Of a stretch of 64,000 nucleotides of DNA, positions 12,401-25,903 are shown piece after piece. This stretch comes from Paraphysomonas bandaiensis. Its lineage: Eukaryota > Protista > Chrysophyceae. The notes under the pieces are model-generated. The model searched no databases, was not told the DNA's origin, and saw nothing but the letters and a program-made list of their open reading frames with translations. How positions within the stretch are numbered: position 1 is the stretch's first letter; each line of letters starts with the position of its first letter. The DNA lies in the NCBI GenBank assembly GCA_965644295.1, contig CBFFRP010000309.1, forward strand, positions 67,611 through 131,610. The letters run 5' to 3'. Made by a program: the position numbers and the translations under genes.

Positions 12401-15400
12401 ACAACCCACTGGGCAGCCAACAGGCCAGCCCACTGGACAACCCACTGGTCAACCTACAGCTCAACCCACTGGACAACCCACTGGACAACCCACTGCTCAG
12501 CCAACAGGCCAACCTACAGGGCAGCCCACCGGACAGCCTACAGGGCAGCCGACGGGGCAGCCTACAGGACTACCAACAGGTCAACCCTCCGGACAACCTA
12601 CGGGGCAGCCAACAGGTCAGCCCACGGGACAACCCACTGGTCAACCTAGTGGCCAGCCAACTGGTCAACCTACAGGGCAGCCCACCGGACAGCCGACGGG
12701 GCAACCGACGGGACAGCCAACCGGACAACCTACGGGGAAACCCACAGGACAACCAACTGGTCAACCCTCCGGACAACCTACAGGCCAGCCAACTGGCCAG
12801 CCCACTGGTCAACCTACTGGGCAACCTACAGGTCAACCAACTGGAATTCCCACTGGTCAGCCGACGGGGCAGCCTACTGGACAGCCAACAGGACAACCTA
12901 CAAGCCAACCGACGGGACAACCTACAGGACAGCCTACGGGACAACCTACGGGACAACCTACAGGCCAACCGACAGGACAACCTACTGGACAACCGACAGG
13001 CCAACCAACTGGTCAGCCTACTGGTGAACCTTCAGGACAGCCAACTAGTGTTCCAACCGAGATTCCGTACTACATCGATACAATTAACGTTACATCTACT
13101 CAGTATGAAATATTTGTCGATGCTACGTTATCACGACTGGGAATACTTGCATGTAGTGTGTATGATACAACTTTGAATTATTCGAGACCCTCTTCGCTGG
13201 ATGACTTGCTCTCTTCAAGTCAACTGTCCGACTCTGTCCCGGTGGATGTGACACCTGCTGAACCCATGGACGTGAATATGACTTTCAGTGAATTAGTTCC
13301 CTCAACTGATTACATGGTTTATTGCATGATATTAGACGATTACTACAATTTTACCACTCCATTCGAAGACGTAATTGCGGCGAGAGAAGAAGTTCGAACT
13401 CTGTGCTGCATTGAATTCCATGTTGCCCTTGCACTTTCAACTGTTCCATCATTTCAGTCTGCAGTAAACGTTTTACAAATTATAGTTCCATATACATTGA
13501 GAGGATACTTGCAGCTTGAATATTTTGCCAATTTTACCGCGGTGAATGCTACCAGTTCATTTGGTGTCAGTCCGTTCCTTCCTAATTCAACAACTGTACA
13601 CTCTCACTCTTTGGTGACAATTTTAAAATCATCTCTTCCGGCACACTTGGTCCCGGGAAAGTATGAGTTAGACTTCCGAATGTCTGGTCCAAATGCTTCT
13701 GACTATTCGATAGTGTATACACCAGGTTCGAATGCTTTTAATGTACCAATGTATTTTGCACCGCCTGGCCCTAGTATGAGTGTTGCTATATTTACCGATG
13801 ATGGACTGAACGTTCTTATACGTTTCACTGCAGACACTGATAGAGCTAATTTGAATACTATATTTTCCTGTTCCGAGCTGTTTATATTTGCAGGAAGTAG
13901 CACAGCAACTTGTCAGTGGGTAAATGCAAGTGCTGTTCGCATTGGTTCAAATTCAGCAAAAGACCTATCTGTCGGCAGCAACATAACTCTTAAGGCCGAA
14001 TCAATTAGAGCAACCTGTTTAACTGCTGGCTGCTCTACGTGGATGGCCTCACCACAGCACACGATTGAACTCTCAGCCCCTTATAATCCAGTTGTACCGA
14101 TCGTCGTATTTTCTTCTCCATCAGTAATAACTGAGTGCGTTGACTTCTTGCTAGATTTAGCGTCATCTTCGGGTAGTGGAGGACGCACATGGCATAGTAA
14201 GATGATAACGGTGTCAAGTTCGACTGGTGCCAACACGACGGCATTGCAGTATTTCTATGACACACAATATGATATTTCAACAGTGTCACCAGCACCGCGG
14301 AGTTTTTTTGGTGTCAATGAAAGTTATATTTTTTCTGTCAGACTATGTAACTTTTTTGGCCGTTGCAGCCGAACTATGACTCATACATTAGTGGTAGATT
14401 CGCAACTGACACCCGTAGTGTCAATATATGGTAGCTCAAGTCGGTCCTTGCGACGAAACAAAGTGCTTGAACTATTTGCCAGTGCTTACACTCAAACTTG
14501 CTCTTTGGAGAAGTCATCAAGTGACCTGAACTTTACTTGGACTGTTGAGAAAGTTGGTGTGGGATATGTTAATATGCCCTCTGTTTCGAAGATTCCTTCC
14601 AGATATAAACTAGATAAGTTTTCAATGGAAGTGGGTGCAGTATATAATATATACCTTCGAGTTGTCTACACTCTGAATGGTCGCTACTCTGATGCTTCTC
14701 CAGTAACTGTTTCCGTCTCTAGCGCTGATATTAAAGCTATTGTCGCCGGTGGCACTTCGAAAACAGCCGTTTTAGGCAAAACTGTTGAACTGGATGCAAG
14801 CTACAGCTATGATGAAAATGTTCAAGGAGCATATGGGACCAATGCAGGACTTGCATTTGAATGGACATGTACACTACTTAGTCCACTGAAGCCGTCGTCT
14901 TGTGGTCTTAATCTGTCCTCTACCTCAGGTGGTGAAATTACTGCCACCGCTACGGACAGCACATTTGTCAATTCGACATCAGAGTTAACTGTTACAGTTT
15001 ATAAGGGAAGAAGATTTGATCAAGCTGTTATTTTGATTAAAGTTCTCCCGGCACGGTCTCCTGTTATTACAATAACATCGCAGCCGCAGGTGCTGGCATC
15101 GTCGTCTAAACTAAAGCTCTTGTCGAATATTGAGTTGTTTTTTGAAGATAATGCAGTGTGGTCTGTGGACAGCGCAAGCATTGACCTATCATCTTCTGCC
15201 TGGACTAATCCTTCCATTTCTTTTTCTGCTGGAAGGCATGATTTCAACTTAGTAATGCCGCCCAACTCTCTCCCGGCGGAATCAATTCTAGAATACAAAG
15301 TTTCAAGTGGGTCAAGTTCTGCTGCTATTACCGTCATTGTGGCCGGCACACCGGAAGTCGGTTTGTTTACTGTTAGTCCTCCATCTGGTGTAGCAATGGA

Positions 15401-18400
15401 TCAGAATTTTGATTTCTCAGTATCTGGCTGGTCAGCTGCGGATGCAGAATTACCGCTGTCATATTCGTTCGGATATTTTAGTGTTTTAAACAAGTTGATG
15501 ACTATTCAAGCTCGTTCTGAGTCATCATACACGAGTACTATTCTTCCACAAGGACAGAGGATTCAAAATAATGTTGTTATTTGCGTTGCGCAAGGCTATA
15601 ATTCACTTGGTGCTACTTCATTTGCGTTTTCGTATGCAATTGTGCATCCTTCCGATGTATCTCCTGAAGAATTGTTGGTCTTCCTTCAGAATAAGTTATC
15701 TGTGGGTGAACTTCAAGCTGATACTGATTTAATAAAGCAGGTTGTCTCATTTGGATTGACATCTTTCTCCTCACCTAACTGCTCCACGAATTGTTCTTCT
15801 CTTAACAGGGAGAATTGTGATTTGTTCGATAATTGGTGTGGACCCTGTCTTGATGGGTATTATGGTGATGATTTAGCTGGTACTACGCCATGTTTTTTAG
15901 TTCAAAATAGCGACACAGGGATTTCAGAAAGAAGAAATCTGTATACTCTCTCAGATTCAGCCTGTGTTGATGATGTAGACTGTGCTGCTTTTGAAGTATG
16001 CTCATTGGGCAGTTGTTTCCATCCACAGAAGTCGTGTCCTCGCAATTGCTCGGGGCGAGGTGCATGTGCTATGATTCTCTCTTCCCGTAATGAAGAAATC
16101 GAGTCATGTTTAGAAGGTGATAGTTCTTGCAAAGCGATTTGCGTATGCAACTCGACTTATGGAGGAGAGGATTGCTCCTTATCATCGAGCGAATTAGAAG
16201 CTAAAATTTCATCTCGTGAAGCAATGATGTATTCTGTGGAGGATTTGCTCTATGGTGATGATGTGAATCACGAATTGGTTGAAACAGTTGTTTCCATGCT
16301 ATACGAGGTGGGACGAGTGAAGAATGAGCTGAATCGAAACATCTGTGATAGTATAATGAGAAGTCTAAACGTCACTATTTCGTATCATGTTGAACATGCA
16401 TTAGATTACAATACCTTTTTAGATATGTCTCCTGTGCTCAGCAACTGCTTTGATGTTTACAGCAACGAAAATGTTACAAGTGGCATAATTGTTGCCAACA
16501 ATATGCTAAACTTTTTTACTGAACTTGTTTTGAGCGATTTTGTTTCTGGTGAAGGAAGTGTAGACATCGTTGAGAATGTTTTTCGGAAGAAGATTTACAT
16601 TTTACCTGCGACAACTTCAGGCGATTTAGTGTTTGAATCCCCTGTCACAACATCAGAGAGTGTATTGGGCTCTAAACATGGGTATGTTGTCTTCAGCAAG
16701 AATTCGTCGTTAAATTCAGACATTAGTATCACGCTATCAGAATTCAGTGCTTATCTCTACGCCAATGTGACAGATTACGCTACTAACGTGTATAATTTTT
16801 TTGTTTCCGATTCATCTCTGTCGGAAGTATACAATTTTACTTTCTACACTCACTATGCGCATAATTTCACCAATGGGTCAGACGCTGTTAGAAGTCGTGA
16901 AAAATTTGTCACACAATGCACTCCGCAAATGAATTCACCGTGGGATAATTTTACATGTCCAAGTGGTTTGAATGTATCTCATTTTTGTGATGGAGAAAGT
17001 TTCAGTATCATTACCACACTCTGTCCACCTGTGGCATATCTTCCTACGTGTGGAGTATTAACTGACGATGGATTGGATGAGAATTCTATTTGTAATTTGG
17101 TTTCTTACACAAGTAATAGCGCGACTTGTTCCTGTACGTTTGGATCATCTGGAAGTAGACGTCTATCGGAAGGAGGAATTGAAGCCAGTCTAGTATCTCA
17201 AACAGCTACTACTTTTGGCGACACCACTGATACTTACGTGTATGTCGTTGAGCCAGATGAGTCAACACCTTCGCTGGCTGTGGGAATTCTATTTATGACA
17301 CTATTTTTTCTTATATTAATCGTGATCGTACTTCACATATCAATTAATGCACGGGCCGGTGTATGTGTTCACGACAGCATCAAAAAACCAACTCTTGACG
17401 AAATTGATTTCGAAACCAGTAGAAAATTGGTTATTGATTACCTGCGCAGCATTTTTCCACATGTATTTAGACGTCAGGGATCGTTTCTGTTTAACGCACG
17501 TTATGAAATATTAGCACACCATCCCTATGTGAAATTATTCACTGCTTCTGGTGAAAATGCTAGTTACACAAGAGTAGCAGCAGGAGTCCACCTTTTTACC
17601 ATACAAGTATGCGAAAAATGTTATACTTGTGAGATATAATGATCTTGTTTTGTAGAGTGTTTTATTCCTAATTGTGGCGGTGCTTTACACTGTGCAGTAC
17701 CCTGAAGATGACGACTCCTGCGGGTATGTTTATATATACCTTTTCGGTTGTATATTTACTGTGTAAATAGTAATTACGGATCGAAGTCTGCGTGTTTAGA
17801 GGAGAAAACACCTTTTGATCGCGAACTAAGTAGGTGTGAGTGGTTACCTGAAAATTCTATTCGATACTGTCAACATCGTAAAGCCGAATTTACTCTTACG
17901 GTTCGAGTGTGGATTGTGCGCGTATTCTGTGCTCATTGTCTTTTACAGGCAGTAATTGTCATCGGAATTATTTCTGCTACATGTATCGCATTCGTTCATT
18001 GCATTCTAGGTATGGTGTCTGTTTAATATGCGATGCAATGGATGCAAGCTAACTACCGTACAGATAATGTTTTCAAGAATTTGTTAGCTTCGTCTGTGAG
18101 CGATACAACTAAAGTTGCAGAGACAGATAGAGTGTTCGGCAAAGACCGTACAGAGGAGATAGAGTTCTCTGAACAGTTCCAATCCACAGACATGAAGTTT
18201 CCTGTTGCCGGACCGAAGCGGAAGTTAACTCGGGACCAACTTTTATCACGGGAAATTGCACAAGTAGCATTTTCGAAGATATGCTTTCAAGATGTTGAGC
18301 GTTACGATGAAAACAAGGATAGGTCATATACATTTGAAGAGTTTATTTCTCTACTCGCAAAACAAAGAGATATTTTGGAAGGCGAGGCAGTTAACGAATT

Positions 18401-21400
18401 TGACGACGAGTGGATGTAAGTTCTATTTGCCTTTATCATCTTTCTTACTAGAAGTAGGTTGGAGTACATGTCAGGTGACGCGTTGCGATTTTCATGCGTG
18501 CGGAATGGTGATATTGGACAAGATATTACTTTCCAAAGTTTTGTGAGAGAGGAAATACAAGTTTCAAGTGAAATTGCATCAAAGAAGAGGGACAGTTTCG
18601 TGTCCTGCTCCAATGCTCATGGTACGATGATTCGTAGTGCATGCAATTTTTAGTCAATTTTTCGTGTGATTAATGTAATTGTTGTAGTTGGATCAGAAAT
18701 GTGTTATTCGTTTGTTAGTGATATTCTTGGGCGGTAAGATATCGAATTGCTGATGTCAGCGTTTATCACCTCTGACGTAGGACAACATGTGCGGCGAAAG
18801 TGTTCGAGTACATGTGCGAAGAAGAGTTTGGCATGCCAGAATGTGCAACGCCGACAACTAAAATTGTTGCATGGAGTTGTGTATTTTCGTTGACAGCCGT
18901 TTGCCTTTCACTGACGATATGGATTGCGTCATCACGGTAGATATATGTTAGAATGTGTGGCGTCGTATAATGCAATACTTTTTTGCAGAGATTCCGCGTG
19001 GCAAAGTGTTTGCGTGACTGCGTGTGTCATTCGTAAGTATATATTTACCTATTTTTCATACGACTTGACCTTGCGTGTAGAATTATTCGTGGACGTGTTC
19101 CTTACTCGTACTATGGAATGCGTTTGGATAAATACAGCAGTTCCGTTAATGGTAAGAATGAACTACTTTTGCTTGTAAGTATTGTAATGCTTACCAGGTG
19201 AAATCAGAGATTGCCAGCGCGATTAAGTTGTTGTACAATTCTGCAACTTCTAGTATTGCACCAGATAACGATGTTGTGCTTAATGTCCCACACTATGTTT
19301 TTGTATCGACGAAGCTTGCTCGTGATTTCGTAAACGTATTTGAGGGAGCAATTATCCTGCGATATCAGAGTTATTTGGGAGGAAAACTTTCTGAAAGAAT
19401 GAAAGCTGAGATCCTAATGCACGCGGAGAATTCACAGGACCACATGCTTTCTACTTTATACAGTTCACTATCATATTTTTTGATAACTGATTTGATGAAA
19501 TATCTGGCAATGCTTCCTTTGCGAACACAACGACTGGTACTTCATGTTTTACTCCCGGTTTTCCTGCTCACTTTGATTCTATACTTGGAGTCATTGGTTT
19601 TACTTCCCGGTCTTGTCGCAGTACTACTTGTTTTTATTGCTGTTCAAGTGATGTTGTTCTATTGTACTAGGGTAAGAAACCGTCATAGTATGCGTAGCTT
19701 AGCCAATAGGTACTCTCCATCTCCTGAGCCCTCGTCTAGTCATCACATGAATGTGTCAAATGAACCAGAGAATGCAATTCCAATTGATGAACCTCAAAAT
19801 GTGTTGTCCAAAGATAATTGTGTGGAACCAATTGAGATTAAGAAAGTTTCCGTTGATGCTCCATGCGACAGTGATATTCCCCCAGATTCGTCACGAACAG
19901 GGTCCGTTGCGAATTTCCTAAATACACAGCGTGATGAGAGTGATGCACCCAAAGAGTCTGCGCGAAGTGTGTCTATTTACTGCTCCTCTGCTAGAGGAAG
20001 TTTGGATGAAGAAAATGCACAGAGACCACAGAGTAGGTCCTGTGACATAGCTTTTCCGATGGATAGCACCGAATTGACAGAAGCTGGGGACAACGTAGTT
20101 ACATCGGACAATGCTGTCGAATCCCCTAGCTGTATGGCCGCGATATCGTTTGAAAGTAAGGACTTCAGGGAAGTGGAATTGGAAGAAGTATCACCTCCTC
20201 CAATTACTAGCTCCGAACCATCTGATGTTGTTGAGCAGGAACCCCAAGTTGACACAATGATTTCAGACACTGTTGCCACTGGTATTCGAATAGAAACTAC
20301 ACCTGTAGTGGATATATCTGAAACTGACGTTCCACCTGTTATAGATCAGTCAGATGAATCTGTGATTGAAAAGCAGCGAAAACATACTGATCCACCAACT
20401 ATTGATGAGAATGCTGTTCAAAACGATACCCCGGAGCCTGCGCCTATCGTATGCATTGACCCTACACCATTCGAAGAGCCGCTTGTTGTGTCCAAGCCCC
20501 AACCACAGCCTGAAGATAAAAATCCGATAGAAGCAGACGTTGCTCTTGGCCCACCAAAGCAGAGTACTAAATCTGTGTCGCCAGTACCTGAGGTTAAAGA
20601 GATCCATGTTGCTCCGGCGAAGGAGGAGATAGTTATGGTGAATGAGAAGGTAGAAACTCATATACCAGTCGTCAAGAAAGCTGTTTCTCCACCGATGATA
20701 AAAGCTGTGGATGATACACATGCTCCAAACTGGAAACCAGAAGTGATTCCACCCAAAGAAAAGCCAGTTGCGAAACCGATACCTTTATCACCCACGAAAG
20801 TAGCCCCCGCACCAGCGAAGAGTTCATTTGATGGCAATGATAAGAAGGTGGGCTGGAAAGTTGCTGATGAAAAGCCAAATAAAGAAAAGAAACAACAAAG
20901 TCCAGTGGACATGAACCCAGCTAGCCCCGCAAAATTGGGCTTCTTTAACAACGAGCGCCGCAGTTCTGGGGAAACCACGTACAAGCCTCTTCAAATTGGA
21001 ATGGGTGCTATATTTGACCCAGCATTAGTATCCTCCAGTGAATTTTCAAAGTCGCCTCTAGACTACTCTAGCAATGGGATGTACAACGATGATTACTTTG
21101 GGGATAGCAGATCTCCAATGCGGTCTCATTTTTCAAGTACAAGTCCGCTAAGAGCGCTGACAGCAACGCCGATGTCGAAAGGGTCTCGAGGATATGAGTT
21201 TGGGCAGCGATCGACGACAGCAAATTCGCCACTGAAGACTCTTCGAGCTGGAACAGCTGCATCGCCGCTGCGGTCACTGCGTCTGGGAACGCCTAGCTCC
21301 CCACTCATAGGAAGCCCTATTCAAGTTGAAGATCCTGAATTGGTTGCGAAACACCAAAACTCAGTTGGGAGTTTCAAAACTGCAAAGAAGCTTCGTCTTG

Positions 21401-21954
21401 TGCCCGTAAAATCATCTTCTCTAAACTCTCCTGACAGGAGCAGGTCGTCGGGTTTGTTGTCTGTTGATGGAGCAAGTCCTCTCAAATATGATGACAGCTT
21501 TGATAGACTGACTAACGCTGGACTTAGTCCGTCGAAGCAGTCGCACGACCAGCCCAAGGGGCGTGACAGCAGACGTGATTCTACTGATTCAGTAAGGAAG
21601 GCGTCTTTAGAATCACAAGGTACTGACTCTTCGTCGTACAAGCCTCAAAGTTTAGGGAAATCTCCCGACAAAAAGTGGGAGGACTCTGCTGAAGATAGAC
21701 CAGTACGCGTTAACAGCAATTCCCTCCTCTTCTTTCCATCTGACACGCATTCCCGTCAAGATGCATCCGCTGTAAATCCTACTGGTACTTCAAAATCCGA
21801 ACATTCTAAAGTGGAAAGTGGTGCGAAGTCTGAAAATGTGGAGAGAAGGCCGTCTCGAAAGAGACAACAAGGGGAGGATCATCAGATATCTCGAAGTCCT
21901 ATTGATTTACATAGATCTGCCAAGAACCCGAAGCGAGGCAGTAAAGAGTCCTAG
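6423..21954 (+). CDS. Giant (~4,900-5,000 aa) polycystin-like surface protein: signal peptide, Kelch-type propeller, PTGQ repeat stalk, PKD/REJ-like region, EGF-like Cys modules, GPS-like motif, several TM helices, long disordered cytoplasmic tail; about 12 short introns
   Basis: ATG 6423 gives [23 protein letters not shown] (signal-like). Six W..A...W.AR..H....WVLGG...NDVW.S.DG repeats follow. REJ-like motifs [20 protein letters not shown] and LPLSYSFGY, then [26 protein letters not shown] and a TM helix. GT-AG introns link the 3576-aa ORF through small exons (17.6-19.2 kb) to the 918-aa ORF. Confidence 0.8.
7650..13060 (+). repeat. Coding 12-bp minisatellite, about 450 P-[T/S]-x-x tetrapeptides ([20 protein letters not shown])
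   Basis: Seen directly in the DNA and the translation; synonymous positions vary between units. Confidence 0.98.
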
Positions 21955-22420
21955 AATGTAGTGGAATGTATAGTCCTAGATAGTTTCATATTACCATGAT
22001 TTCCTGTTTTTTATTCTATGGTTTGTGGTGTCGTAGCGTGATGTATTGAACGAAAGAAAGAGTGTATGGGTCTGCATTGACTTTTGCTAGAAGTAGAAAT
22101 ATTCTGTACTTTAGTCAATGATACTTCATGATAATAAAGCTTCTATAATGTAGCATATGATGGTGTCTGTCCATTTTATTTTGTCTTGTATTTTTGCTAA
22201 TCAACCTATGACTTTTGTGAAACAGTGAGATTAATAAAAATTTGTTGTGCTTGTGAGTGAGCAGAGCTACGCCATGTGGCATGATTGCTTCTACTCCCAT
22301 CGATGTCTTCTAGGTACTGTATCAAGATATAGTTTCTGTGAATTGTTTACTGTGTGTAATAAAGAAAGTTATATCAATAATGTTTGAGTATTCAAAACAA
22401 ATAATGACATCTACTAAAAT

Positions 22421-22868
22421 CTCTCAACAAAGTCGGGCTCGCACATTACGTGGTGTTCTGGAGATAAGTACCTGTGATATTTCTCCGGGAAACTAACGTG
22501 AGCTGCAAATATAGTCAGTAGATAATTTTCTTCCCACTCATAGGTAAGTGCATGTGTAGTACAAGGGACACTAATAAGTGCTACATTTGTAGACGTCTTA
22601 AAGCATCCGGGCTGTTCACCTCAAAAACTCAAAAATCCTGAAGTTAGCGGATGTCAAGTATATCAACATTCTGCTTTCTCACTGCGTTTCCTTCGAATTA
22701 TAGAGCAAAAGTGGCTGCACGTTGCACCTTGGTGCTGGCGGTGACGCACAAGTAACTTTCGTCGCATTAAATTGTAGGATATAAGAGTTAAGCACTAGTT
22801 CGTTAAATTTCAATGCTAAATTAGTTCTGCTACTTAAACGCCTATTGCTAATAATAAGACATTCACTA
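22421..22868. repeat. Dispersed repeat family, copy 2 (related to 3566-4117)
   Basis: Same orientation and the same conserved blocks as copy 1; roughly 70-80% similar by eye. Confidence 0.8.
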
Positions 22869-23753
22869 TTCACTACTACTCAGATGTTTATCCTCGTTAT
22901 GGTGTCACGTACCAGAACTCTGTTTTATATTCTGAATAAATAGCTAGTGAACCAGAGAGGGAGAAGCTATTGAACTTGAAGGGCTCACCGACGAGTTATT
23001 CTTATTTGATAGAGAAAGGAGATGTAATCTATATTCTATATTATGCTCAGCTGAGAACAAGCAGTGGTGGATTATAGAGTGGTTGTATCATGGTATGTGC
23101 AGCGTTACACAAATAGCTTTCGCAGGTGAAATATCTTATTTCTGGAAGGCATTCTCACAGGTTTCAACTCTTGTTGTCTGATCACCAGCTATGAACTATA
23201 CATCATACTTTCCATCTTGAAACCCAATCACAGTACCATTGGAAGGCATCACTACAACGACTACTTCTTGAATCAGATTCATATCTTTCTGAAACCTGAT
23301 ATCTATCAACTTCATCCTTAAAATGCCGTATTATTCAAAGTAACTTCTTAATTGCTGATATCTGATTAAACTAGAACCCTTATGTCGCTTTTTAAAGCTT
23401 TGAATCATCCTGTCTTTCTCCTTTTGCTGACTGTTAATAGAATTTGTGGTGTGAAATATTCAATTTCATACTATATGATGATATTATATCTGTTTCTGGA
23501 CTATGAGGTGTGTTATGAGAGTTAACCTGTTGATATATGCATGTATAATTCAGTGTGTATGGATGTTACGTCCACATATTTACAGCCACTTACTATAGCT
23601 GTATATTGAAATGTTCAGACACAGTAGGTCACTATATAAAGCATGTTATACACAGTACTGATGAGGTCAGACGTCCTTTCACTCCACTGAGATATACTCC
23701 ACTCACTGTACACATGACGCCCTTCAAACTATGATCAGCTCTAAGTCTTTCCA

Positions 23754-23802
23754 CTATTGAAACCTGGTGAAATCAAAAAAGAACTTTACCAGGTTTCAAT
23801 AG
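23754..23802. repeat. Short inverted repeat (15-bp perfect stem)
   Basis: CTATTGAAACCTGGT (23754-23768) pairs with ACCAGGTTTCAATAG (23788-23802). Confidence 0.85.
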
Positions 23803-24613
23803 AGTAGATATATAACACTGTTTAATTTTGAAACAAGCAATAAAATGCAGACACATGCCCCTAAATTAATACGCTTCATAAAGAGCATCACCAAACAAGA
23901 CACTCCATTTGAAGTAACTCAGTACAAAGTTTTTGTAGAAGATAATTTTCTTTTTAGCATCATGCAGTCGATGCAGTCGATGCAGTCGATCACTTTGATC
24001 TTGTAGAGCAGCATAACCATCTATGAATTACGAGCATCAACAAAATGAACAGCTTGAGATGCATGAGACCCATCAGTACAGGGATGGTAGGAGATACAGC
24101 CTGCTTCTATTGTCTTAGTGCATGTGGTGATACGGGTGGGCCTCATGCACCTCACGCTGTTTCATACTGTAGATGGTTATGTCTGCTCTGACTCCTTTAA
24201 TACCATGAACCTCATAGAAAACCCCATAAAAACATGAATATCTGGATATTTGGATATTAAATATCTTTACTATAGAAATCTTCGTTCTGTTCTGTCGAAA
24301 TTTCGAACCCATATGTGGGATTTCCGAAAGCATCATCAGCAGTGATATGTTTTGTCCACCTCTATTGATTGGTTGACACCATCCCTATGAACTTTCCTTT
24401 ATTTTGATTGGTTGGTGAGATTGTACTGTATATACAGTACGAGTATATATGTACGTATGTAGATGTCTATATGTACAGGAGCAGTCGCAGTGTGTCTATT
24501 CCACAGTTAAATAAGCAACAAACAACACACAGAATAGGAAACATACTCCACAAAGGATGTTATTATAGAAGATCTTCACGGAGTGTATTGCAAAGAGTGA
24601 TCATTGTATAACA

Positions 24614-25903
24614 ATGTCTGATATGCCGTTAGAAATAGCAACTAGTGAAGATATCGATCAGCACATATACAGTAAGAAGTACTGGACATTTGTTAATGTA
24701 GCTACTGGAATATGTGTTGTTAGAGTATGCAGCAATGCAGTGTCATTGTATAACACTGCAGTACTTGGAAGCTGTGGTGGTATCGGTCAGAGTGTTCAGT
24801 ATTTGTCCACTGGATTGTTTTCACTGTTTCTTGCTAAGCCAACAGTAGACTCATTGGGATGTAAGAACGTGTTTCTAGTATGTGGTATTATGTACGTAGT
24901 ATATGTACTGTGCTTTCTGGGTGCCGTTCTGTGTCCGAAATACATGTGGGAATTCAATATTCCAGGAAGCGCATTGAACGGAATCGCGGAATCGTTGTGG
25001 CTTATTGGACAGGGCATATACTACTCTACGTCTGTCACAAGAATACTCAATCTGTGTCCAACACTAGATGACAATACTGTTAGAAGTCAGTTAGCTGCTA
25101 CACACTCTACCATATACATGGGGGCTGATACTTCACTACTTATAATTATTACATTTGCGATTAACTTCGTTGGAAATGTCTACAGCTTCTCTGGCATACT
25201 AATCCTATGTATAGTATCAACGATTTATATGTTATCGTTCTCGGATCTCGACGATGGTGGAAGGGGTCATATGAACGTTCATCACCTCGTGGAAGATGTT
25301 GGCCAGACCTTCAATCTGCTCAGGTACGATAGCAGAATAAAGTTGGTCACTCCCTTTCTCCTTGCCTATGGAGCTTGTAATGCCACAGTTGGTACATACA
25401 TTACCGGCGTGACTATTGCCACGTCCCCACAGCTTGGTGAGGCATATGTTGGTATTCTAAGTGCGCTGTCTCGTTTGGCTGGCACCTCGTGCGGCCCAAT
25501 ATACGACTTCATATCAGTGAGACTGGGCAAGGGCAGACATTGGGTAATGCTATGGGGATGCGCAGTATACGCAATATGTGGTGGTCTTATTCTTACTCTG
25601 TCTACTGCTACATTAGGGGTACCGTTTGTTGCGGTATTATATCAGATACTGTGGGGAACCGGACGGGGAGTCATGGAAAATACATGTCGCCTCATATTTG
25701 CTGAGTTCTTTGCGGCGGACGTGTCTTCTGCCTTTTCATTCTATGCATTCGCAGTCTCGATATGGACTGGTGTTTCATATTTTATCGACGATGTCGTATC
25801 GTACGATTCAATGGGGACCACTGTGTTGCTGCTCTCAGTATGTGCGGCTGTTTGTTACCATATGGCATACTCGTCGCGATGGGAATATTCATACATTAAG
25901 TAG
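24614..25903 (+). CDS. UNC-93-like MFS membrane protein, single exon
   Basis: 429 aa with about 10-12 hydrophobic segments. The pattern SLFLAKPTVDSLGCK...G..YVVY...GSALNGIAESLWLIGQGIY resembles UNC-93/MFSD11. Confidence 0.75.
   Translation: MSDMPLEIATSEDIDQHIYSKKYWTFVNVATGICVVRVCSNAVSLYNTAVLGSCGGIGQSVQYLSTGLFSLFLAKPTVDSLGCKNVFLVCGIMYVVYVLCFLGAVLCPKYMWEFNIPGSALNGIAESLWLIGQGIYYSTSVTRILNLCPTLDDNTVRSQLAATHSTIYMGADTSLLIIITFAINFVGNVYSFSGILILCIVSTIYMLSFSDLDDGGRGHMNVHHLVEDVGQTFNLLRYDSRIKLVTPFLLAYGACNATVGTYITGVTIATSPQLGEAYVGILSALSRLAGTSCGPIYDFISVRLGKGRHWVMLWGCAVYAICGGLILTLSTATLGVPFVAVLYQILWGTGRGVMENTCRLIFAEFFAADVSSAFSFYAFAVSIWTGVSYFIDDVVSYDSMGTTVLLLSVCAAVCYHMAYSSRWEYSYIK

Noticed and set aside
7615-13176. 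1853-aa overlapping ORF in a shifted frame, and the many antisense ORFs here
   Set aside because: By-product of the PTGQ codon repeat; the ORFs begin and end with the repeat and show no domain.
22900-23500. Possible decayed coding or TE sequence (also 27.7-28.3 kb and 33.3-33.6 kb)
   Set aside because: No recognisable motif or sustained frame; cannot be supported without a search.
24614-25903. UNC-93-like gene as a retrocopy because it is intronless
   Set aside because: No poly(A) tail or TSD is visible, and other genes here also have multi-kb exons.
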